Shown piece after piece: positions 37,607 through 44,905 of a DNA stretch of 44,905 nt. Both the position numbers and the translations under genes were made by a program. The notes beneath the pieces were generated by a model, which did no database searches, had not been told where the DNA came from, and saw only the letters and a list, made by a program, of their open reading frames with translations. The first letter of the stretch is position 1. Each line of letters begins with the position of its first letter. Source of the stretch: Thermoplasmatota archaeon (GTDB taxonomy: Archaea; Thermoplasmatota; Thermoplasmata; UBA10834); assembly GCA_040751795.1 (NCBI GenBank), contig JBFMHR010000007.1:1-44905 (forward strand), given 5' to 3'.

Positions 37607-38628
37607 TTGCCCACCTCCTGCTCCTTGAGCGCCGTGGAAACGGTCGCCACGTTGATGTCCACGGGGCACGTCGAGACGCACCTGCCGCAGCCCACGCACG
37701 CGGGCTTGCCGAACTCGCCTATGAACGCCTGCAGCTTGTGCGTGTACCAGAGCCTCAGCCTGTCGGCCCTCTTGTCCCTGAAGTTGTGGCCGCCGGCCAC
37801 GAGCGAGTACTCGCGGAACATGCAGCTGTCCCAGTACCTGTCCCTGGTGCCCTCCATCGTCCCCAGCTCGACCTCGTCCACCACGTTGTAGCAGTTGCAG
37901 GTCGGGCAGACCATGGTGCACTGGCCGCACGAGAGGCACTTCTCGGCCAGCTCGTCCCACACGGGGCTGTTGTACCCGAGCTCGAAGACGTCGGGCATCC
38001 CGGTCAGGTCGATCTTGGCCTTGAACTGGCCCGTCTTCCACTTCCTGTACTCGGTGTAGTTCAGGATGTCGTTCTTGTCCAGGTTCCTGCTGAAGAGGTC
38101 GGCCCTGGCCCTGACCAGGTCGTGCCCCTTGCTGGAGCCCACCCAGACCAGGTAGAACATCTTGAGGTCGGTGAAGAAGAGGTCGAAGCCCTCGGCGACG
38201 AAGTCGGTGTTGGTCGCGAAGCACATGCACTTGTCGTCGGGTATGCAGCTGTGCCCCAGGAGGAGCGTCTTCTCCCTCCTCTCGGCGTAGTACGGGTCCC
38301 TGTAGTTCTCGAGGAACAGCTTGTCCATGATCAGTATCCCGTGTATGTCGCACGGGTGCAGGCCGAACAGGATCCTCTTCGGGACGTCCCCTGTCCTCTC
38401 GACGAAGCCCTCCTCGTCGAAGTCGAACATGGTGAACTTCGGCGGGTACAGGAACTTCTTCGGCGGGATCATCGTCCTCGTCGCCTTGAGGTCCATCTGC
38501 GACAGGCCGTCGACCTTCGTGTAGGACGTCCTGCCCTCCTTCGTGGTCGGGCCCCACAGCTCCCCCCACTCCTTCGCGCTCTCAAGGAACGCCGGGAGGT
38601 CCTCCTTCTTCATCTTCAAAATCATCAT
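37603..38628 (-). CDS. hydB: Group 3b hydrogenase beta subunit (AsrA-like Fe-S protein)
   Basis: PPKKF, GLHPCD, CLSCGQCTMVCPTCNC, WDSC, CVGCGRCVSTCP. Confidence 0.92.
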   Translation of the reverse strand: MMILKMKKEDLPAFLESAKEWGELWGPTTKEGRTSYTKVDGLSQMDLKATRTMIPPKKFLYPPKFTMFDFDEEGFVERTGDVPKRILFGLHPCDIHGILIMDKLFLENYRDPYYAERREKTLLLGHSCIPDDKCMCFATNTDFVAEGFDLFFTDLKMFYLVWVGSSKGHDLVRARADLFSRNLDKNDILNYTEYRKWKTGQFKAKIDLTGMPDVFELGYNSPVWDELAEKCLSCGQCTMVCPTCNCYNVVDEVELGTMEGTRDRYWDSCMFREYSLVAGGHNFRDKRADRLRLWYTHKLQAFIGEFGKPACVGCGRCVSTCPVDINVATVSTALKEQEVGK

Positions 38629-38731
38629 GGTATCTCTTCCCTAAGCTCCGGATATCACCCTGTTGCGCAGGCGCCGGCGGAGAGCGCCAGTCCTGCGGAT
38701 AACGCGCGCGTGAGGGAGTATCCAGCCGTGG

Positions 38732-38746
38732 TATAAAAACATTCGG
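38732..38746 (-). promoter_or_regulatory. BRE/TATA promoter of the hydrogenase operon
   Basis: CCGAATGTTTTTATA on the minus strand, about 105 nt upstream of the hydB ATG. Confidence 0.6.
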
Positions 38747-38772
38747 AACTATCATCGAGTAAGGGTTGCCGA

Positions 38773-38793
38773 TCTTCGAAAATCGCTCGAAGA
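38773..38793. promoter_or_regulatory. Perfect 7-7-7 palindrome, candidate operator
   Basis: TCTTCGA-aaatcgc-TCGAAGA. Confidence 0.4.
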
Positions 38794-39004
38794 ATCCTTC
38801 CGACCACGAGGGTATTTGCGGAAGAGGGGGCCCGGCGGCGGCGCGACCATCGATCGAGGCGTCCCCGCGCAGGGTCGGTTCGCGATGAACGGGCCCCCCG
38901 GCCACGTGTGCGCCCCGCCCCCCCTGTTATATATATGCGTCGGGTCAATGCATTGACGGCGCCTAGGACCCCCGTTCTGAGGCGCATGAGGAAGGGAGAA
39001 AGAA

Positions 39005-40720
39005 ATGAATCGGATACTTGGAACTAGGATGATTGTCTCGGCGGTCGCCCTGGTGCTGACGGTCACGGCCCTGTCCGTCACCGCCCCGAGCACCAGCGCA
39101 TCGCCAGCATGGTCCTGGACCGACGAGCCTGCAATGGGTGCGGCAAGATACCAGGCCACCGTGGTCGGGGCCCCGGACGGCACGGTATACGTGATGGGCG
39201 GATACTCCGCTGTCGGCATACTGACGAACGCCGTCAACTCATATGACCCTGAGGACGGCACCTGGACGGCGCTGGCGGCCATGCCGGGGACCGTCAGGGG
39301 GGCCGCGGGCGCCATGGGCCTCGACGGCAATGTGTACGCGTTCGGAGGGCATGGTCCCAACGACTTCACCCAGATCTACGACCCCGTCGCGGACATGTGG
39401 ACCCTGGGCGCGACGATGCCCTACGCTACCTGGGAGGCGAAGGCGGCGACCCTGGCCAACGGGTCCATTGCGGTCGTGGGAGGGTACGGCGCAGCGGGGC
39501 TGATGCAGATCTACGACCCCGTCGGGAACGCCTGGTCGCTCGGGCCCTCCGTCCCCGGGGCAGTCACGTGCGGGGGCATGGTGTCCGTAGGGGACGACCT
39601 GTACTACTCCGGCGGCTGCGACGGCGCCTGGTTCGATGCCATGACGTGGATGTACAAGTACGACTCGGCCTCCGGGGCCTGGGGCGCGCTGGCGGACCTG
39701 CCTGAGCCCATAGCCGGCCATGCGATGGTGGTCGGGGTCGACGGCCTGATGTACGTGGTCGGCGGCTCGGACAACGGCTACAACGAAGGCAATGGCTATG
39801 CATTCGACACCGTCCTCGTCTACGACCCAGAGGCGGACGAGTGGGACTACGCGGCGAGCATGGACTACGAGAGGACGTACCTCGGCGCGACCGTGACCCC
39901 AGACGGCCGGATAATGGCCCTCGGCGGGACGGACGGCACCTCGGCCCTGAGCGTGGTCGAGTCGCTGCAGCTCTACACGTTCGAGTACACGGTCGAGCTG
40001 TCCTCGCCCACCGTCAGGGCCGGCGAGTCGGTGCTGCTGACGGTCGACGGCGTGTACGACTACATCGAGGAGTCCTCGAACGAGCTCCGATGGGCGCTGA
40101 TATCAGCGGCCGACGACACGATGTACGCGTCGGAGTACGTCTGGTGCTCCACCCCGGCCCCGATCGCGGACTCGATCGACGTCTCGGCGGCCGTGCCGGC
40201 GGGCGACTACCTCGTGGTCATCGTGTACTGGTACGCGTATGCGGACATCGTCTACGAGTATCTGGAGGGGATCACGGTCGAGCTGGAGGTCCTGCCGGCC
40301 GCGGAGCCAGCGGACGTCCTGATAGCCGAGCTCGAGGCGCAGATCGCGGACCTCCAGGCCCAGATCGACGACCTCAGCGACGACCTGAACACGACGGAGA
40401 CGGACCTGATGGCCGAGATATCCGTCCTCCAGACTCAGGTGACGGCGCTCGAGGACGCGCTGGCAGCGCTCGAGACCTCCTCCTCCGAGGACAGCGCCGC
40501 CCTCATGGACGAGGTCGCCGCGCTCCAGGACGAGGTCGCTGCCCTCAAGGACGCGCTGAACGAGACGGCAAGCGATGTGGGCGACGTGCAGACCTCGGTG
40601 GACGACAAGCTGAGCGCCACCATGGGCTACGCGATAATCGGCCTCCTGGTCGTGGTCGTCATCCTGCTGATAGTGATGATGGTCATGGGCAGGAAGTCCC
40701 CGCCGCCGCCCGCGCCGTAG
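39005..40720 (+). CDS. Secreted Kelch-repeat surface protein with acidic coiled-coil stalk and C-terminal TM anchor
   Basis: Signal peptide; six GG...YDP...W Kelch blades; beta-rich domain; heptads LEAQIADLQAQIDDL...; TM YAIIGLLVVVVILLIVMMVM; tail GRKSPPPPAP. TATA (TTATATATA) at about 38927-38935. Confidence 0.88.
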   Translation: MNRILGTRMIVSAVALVLTVTALSVTAPSTSASPAWSWTDEPAMGAARYQATVVGAPDGTVYVMGGYSAVGILTNAVNSYDPEDGTWTALAAMPGTVRGAAGAMGLDGNVYAFGGHGPNDFTQIYDPVADMWTLGATMPYATWEAKAATLANGSIAVVGGYGAAGLMQIYDPVGNAWSLGPSVPGAVTCGGMVSVGDDLYYSGGCDGAWFDAMTWMYKYDSASGAWGALADLPEPIAGHAMVVGVDGLMYVVGGSDNGYNEGNGYAFDTVLVYDPEADEWDYAASMDYERTYLGATVTPDGRIMALGGTDGTSALSVVESLQLYTFEYTVELSSPTVRAGESVLLTVDGVYDYIEESSNELRWALISAADDTMYASEYVWCSTPAPIADSIDVSAAVPAGDYLVVIVYWYAYADIVYEYLEGITVELEVLPAAEPADVLIAELEAQIADLQAQIDDLSDDLNTTETDLMAEISVLQTQVTALEDALAALETSSSEDSAALMDEVAALQDEVAALKDALNETASDVGDVQTSVDDKLSATMGYAIIGLLVVVVILLIVMMVMGRKSPPPPAP

Positions 40721-40872
40721 GCACCGGGACAGCATCCGGAAACCCTCCAAACCACTTTCCGTTTTATGTTCACACCCTTCAGGCATAGTGCTCGACGGCG
40801 CCTTTTCCGCGACAGGGCTCGCGCTGGTGGGTGTGAATGAAAAATTGATGATGGTCGTCCGATGGCAGACGA

Positions 40873-40896
40873 GTCTTAGGTGCTTGGTACCTTGCC
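40873..40896 (-). other. 3' arm of the 16S pre-rRNA processing stem (BHB)
   Basis: Minus strand GGCAAGGT-A-CCAAG-CACC-TAA-GAC pairs with 42483-42507. Confidence 0.85.
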
Positions 40897-40938
40897 GACG
40901 CGTTTGGTTGGAGGGGTAGTACCCCTCCGTGTTTGCGT

Positions 40939-42406
<1,468 letters not shown>

Positions 42407-42482
42407 TCACCTGATGTCCTGACGTCGTTCACATCATTATCTAGCGGTCGCTCTAGCTTCGCTTGGTTTGGTTTCTCGAATT

Positions 42483-42507
42483 GGCAAGGTTCCCAAGTCT
42501 CACCGAC
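42483..42507 (-). other. 5' arm of the 16S pre-rRNA processing stem (BHB)
   Basis: Minus strand GTC-GGTG-AGA-CTTGG-GA-ACCTTGCC. Confidence 0.85.
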
Positions 42508-42740
42508 TTGTTAGTTCCCTGCTACGCGGCGAACGCGTCGCCGCGGAGTATTGCACGAAACCTAGTATTCTGCCATCGAACGTCAGAATCAAGAGTTCAC
42601 GGCGAGAGCCGGGGATCTTGATCCTCCATCATGTCTGCGACAAGTGGATACGGGTTGATCATCAGATCAGGCGGCTTGCGCCTCCCTCCCAACCATCGCC
42701 GTGTGTCGCAGATTGGGTAGTCCCGCTAAGTCCGATGGTG

Positions 42741-42755
42741 TATATATCCGTTTCG
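42741..42755 (-). promoter_or_regulatory. 16S rRNA promoter (BRE + TATA)
   Basis: CGAAACGGATATATA on the minus strand, about 335 nt upstream of the mature 16S 5' end. Confidence 0.65.
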
Positions 42756-42859
42756 AACCCGGTTCACGGAGCGGGGTTGAGGCGCTCCGACGGGACTCCC
42801 CCTAGTTACTACGGGGGCGTGATATTTGAGGGTTTCGACCTTCCGGGCGTCGGATCGGT

Positions 42860-44632
42860 CTAGGGGGCCCCAGCGAACGTCCCAGTGTAGATGGCCGACC
42901 CGGTCGGCAGGTACACGAACGACACGGTGTACTCTGCATCCGGGTCGAACGCCCCGCCGGTCTGGAGGACTGCGATCTCCACCGCGTCCCCGGCGTCCAC
43001 CGCGCCGTTGCCCTGGAGGTCGAGCACCGAACATGTCATGGTGACTCCGTCCAGGGCCGACTCGTTGGACACCCATGACGTCTGGCCGTCCCCCCACAGG
43101 TCCTCGGTAGCGAGGTGCCACTCGATCGAGTCCCCCTCCGACCCGAGCCTGACCAGCACCTCTCCCCAGACGACGTCGACGTCCTCGTAGTCCTCCCCTG
43201 TCCCGTTGTGGACGGGCCCGAAGACGGCCGATGCCAGCTCCTCCGATGCCGACAGGGTGCACTCGCTGACGGGGCCTGCGAGGTACACGAAATCCTCGCC
43301 GAGCGCGGGCGCGTCGGTCGCCTGGGAATCGACACGGAAGCTGTATCTCACACCGGCTTCGAAGCTGGTCCCATCCCGCGCGACGGCCTCCATCCTGTCG
43401 CCGACGTCTATGAGCCCGTTGCCAGCGAGGTCCGATACGACGATCTCGACGGAGAGGTCGCCAAGGGTCCTCACGCCGAGGGGCTGGGTCTCCGGAGAGC
43501 CGGAGTCAAGGAGCCCGAGAGGGACGTACCAGCTCGCTGCGGCCGTCCCGTCGTGCAGCAGGATCACGGAGCCGTTCCAGCTCAGCTCCCCCGAGACGTA
43601 GTCCACCGTGAATGCCTCTCCGTCCGGGAGAGTCGAATGGTGCGAACTGATGATGGCACTCTCGACCCCCGGGGCGGGGCCTTCGACCCAGAGGACCCCC
43701 TCCATTGTCATGATGATGTAGACCGACAGGACCTTCTCGAAGTAGCTCTCGTTGTCCTCGAACGGGTAGAGGTCTCTCTTCACGGAGAGGAGGTAGGTCT
43801 GCGCCCCGCTGGCCGTGTCAGGTCGTGAGAGGTTCCTCAGTCTGAACGAGTCGCCGCCGTCGAGGTACCCGTCATCATCCTCGAACAGGATGGTTCCGTT
43901 CACACCCGCGCCCGAGGCCATGTCCGGGATCGTGTCCAGGCAGGGGTTGTCGGAGTATTCACCCATGATGTCCAAGTACTCGATCGTGCCAGTGTTCATA
44001 CCGGACATCAGGCTGCATCTGGCCATCCCCAAAGGCAGCGGCTCAGGGCATCCCCGGAGGTTCACGACGACCTCGTCCCCTGTGTCTATCATCTCCACGT
44101 CCAACTCTCCCTGCACCCAGCTCACCGCGCTGGTGACGACCTGGACAGAGGCGAGGATGCCGAACCCGGGCAGTGTGGTCTGAGGCGAGTAGACGCCCTC
44201 GACACCGTTTATCGAGCCCCACTCGAACGTCACAGGGACCTCCAACCTGCTCCCGTCTTCGGGGACAGGGGAGTCCCAGAGAATGAGGCCGCAGAACGTA
44301 CCCCCTTCCAGATACACGAAGGTCAGTTGGCCGAGCGTTGTGGTCCTCGTCTCGGTCCCGGTAACGGTGCCTTCGACGATGACGGTCCTGCCAGCCAGTC
44401 GGTGTTCGAACCCCAGGGCGTTCGGGTAATCGTACTCCGTCTCGACGGCGATCACGGCGCTCTCCAGCTCCGATATGCTCCAGTGCCTGTAGTAGTTGTA
44501 CCACACGTAGAGCCCTGACGCACAGAGGATCACGCCGACCACCGCGATCACGATGATCTTCTTCGGGACGGCCTTCCCCTCCAGAGAGCCTTCGGAGTCC
44601 GTCCTTCCGGAGTCCATTGAGTCTGTCCCCAT
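42860..44632 (-). CDS. N-terminally anchored acidic surface protein with an OB-fold-like domain and three Ca-loop-bearing beta domains
   Basis: TM KKIIVIAVVGVILCASGLYVWY; GRTVIVEGTVTG; repeats FEDDDGYLDGGDSF, SDLAGNGLIDVGDRM, LDLQGNGAVDAGDAV. Start at ATG 44632 or 44617. Confidence 0.75.
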   Translation of the reverse strand: MGTDSMDSGRTDSEGSLEGKAVPKKIIVIAVVGVILCASGLYVWYNYYRHWSISELESAVIAVETEYDYPNALGFEHRLAGRTVIVEGTVTGTETRTTTLGQLTFVYLEGGTFCGLILWDSPVPEDGSRLEVPVTFEWGSINGVEGVYSPQTTLPGFGILASVQVVTSAVSWVQGELDVEMIDTGDEVVVNLRGCPEPLPLGMARCSLMSGMNTGTIEYLDIMGEYSDNPCLDTIPDMASGAGVNGTILFEDDDGYLDGGDSFRLRNLSRPDTASGAQTYLLSVKRDLYPFEDNESYFEKVLSVYIIMTMEGVLWVEGPAPGVESAIISSHHSTLPDGEAFTVDYVSGELSWNGSVILLHDGTAAASWYVPLGLLDSGSPETQPLGVRTLGDLSVEIVVSDLAGNGLIDVGDRMEAVARDGTSFEAGVRYSFRVDSQATDAPALGEDFVYLAGPVSECTLSASEELASAVFGPVHNGTGEDYEDVDVVWGEVLVRLGSEGDSIEWHLATEDLWGDGQTSWVSNESALDGVTMTCSVLDLQGNGAVDAGDAVEIAVLQTGGAFDPDAEYTVSFVYLPTGSAIYTGTFAGAP

Positions 44633-44905
44633 TCGCACCAACCCACGCCGCAGTGGGAGGAAATGCGCCGTGGGGGCATGTATCTTTCGTTCGCGGGGCC
44701 CTCGCACGGCCGCGGAGTTTCTGGCCAACGGTTCTGTTGCACTAGCGGGTGGTGCCCCCTCAGGCCGCCACCGCCCTTGAGCAACTCGTCGCATTCGGCT
44801 CCGGCCGTGCGCCCCTCTCGGGGCCGTAGAGGACCATCATCACGTCATGCTGCGACGCGCCGGGGCCGAACCGTAGGCCCCCTGCCGCCTCCAACCCTGC
44901 GGAGG

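Noticed and set aside
113-38569. Many long antisense or alternate-frame ORFs (e.g. 9944..11296, 16830..17888, 18195..20186, 25306..27174, 29517..31592, 32518..34077)
   Set aside because: They shadow well-identified genes, have Arg/Gly/Pro-rich or mirror-codon composition and no motifs; expected in high-GC DNA.
2511-38569. Apparent fusions or N-terminal extensions in ORFs 2511..3371, 13802..15127, 19248..20918, 22869..25013, 34176..35051, 34646..36304 and 36704..38569
   Set aside because: The extensions are off-frame read-through of the upstream gene; real starts lie at stop/start overlaps or just after the upstream stop.
34646-38628. Selenocysteine or pyrrolysine recoding in the hydrogenase genes
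   Set aside because: L1/L2 ligands are ordinary Cys codons and no in-frame TGA or TAG interrupts any subunit.
4800-38696. Shared 9-mer GCAGGACTG (minus strand) downstream of both the rpl3 and hydrogenase TATA boxes (4800-4808; 38688-38696)
   Set aside because: Different spacing from the TATA, and a 9-mer match is plausible by chance in 45 kb of GC-rich sequence.
38740-38752. GTTccgAAT next to the hydrogenase BRE, resembling the SurR site GTTn3AAC
   Set aside because: Only a 5/6 match to a very short motif, and no SurR gene is in the window.
44633-44905. GC-rich stems and a GTGATGA word at the right edge
   Set aside because: The context is truncated by the window end, and I could not support a coherent RNA structure or ORF.

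Overview
GC-rich archaeal chromosomal segment, most consistent with Thermoplasmatota (Methanomassiliicoccales-like relative). That placement is inferred from the stand-alone 16S rRNA gene, the ribosomal proteins and the gene order. Most of the window is core genome: the start of the S10-like ribosomal protein operon (rpl3-rpl4-rpl23-rpl2-rps19-rpl22-rps3), RaSEA, a short histone-fold gene, tyrS, and the proteasome/exosome superoperon (pop5-psmA-SBDS-rrp4-rrp41-rrp42-rpl37ae-rpoP-pcc1-pfdB-DHH). It also holds two divergently transcribed ftsZ paralogs, a RING-like/multi-zinc-ribbon protein, nnr, srp19, tldD/tldE, rps8e, a presenilin-type protease, aIF2-beta, a large orphan PAS/GAF histidine kinase, pyrG, a complete group 3b [NiFe]-hydrogenase operon with its maturation protease, two membrane-anchored surface proteins, and an unlinked 16S rRNA gene with a canonical bulge-helix-bulge processing stem. 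I saw no CRISPR array, transposase, integrase or tRNA. The best candidate for an undescribed system is the head-to-head ftsZ pair: one copy leads into the RNase P/proteasome/exosome cluster and the other faces a RING-like + SHOCT-like + poly-zinc-ribbon protein. Any functional link there is inference. Other notable items are the Asp-substituted hydrogenase small subunit, a probable CTG start, the minimal histone and the structured 5' leaders. All family assignments come from motif recognition by eye, not database searches.
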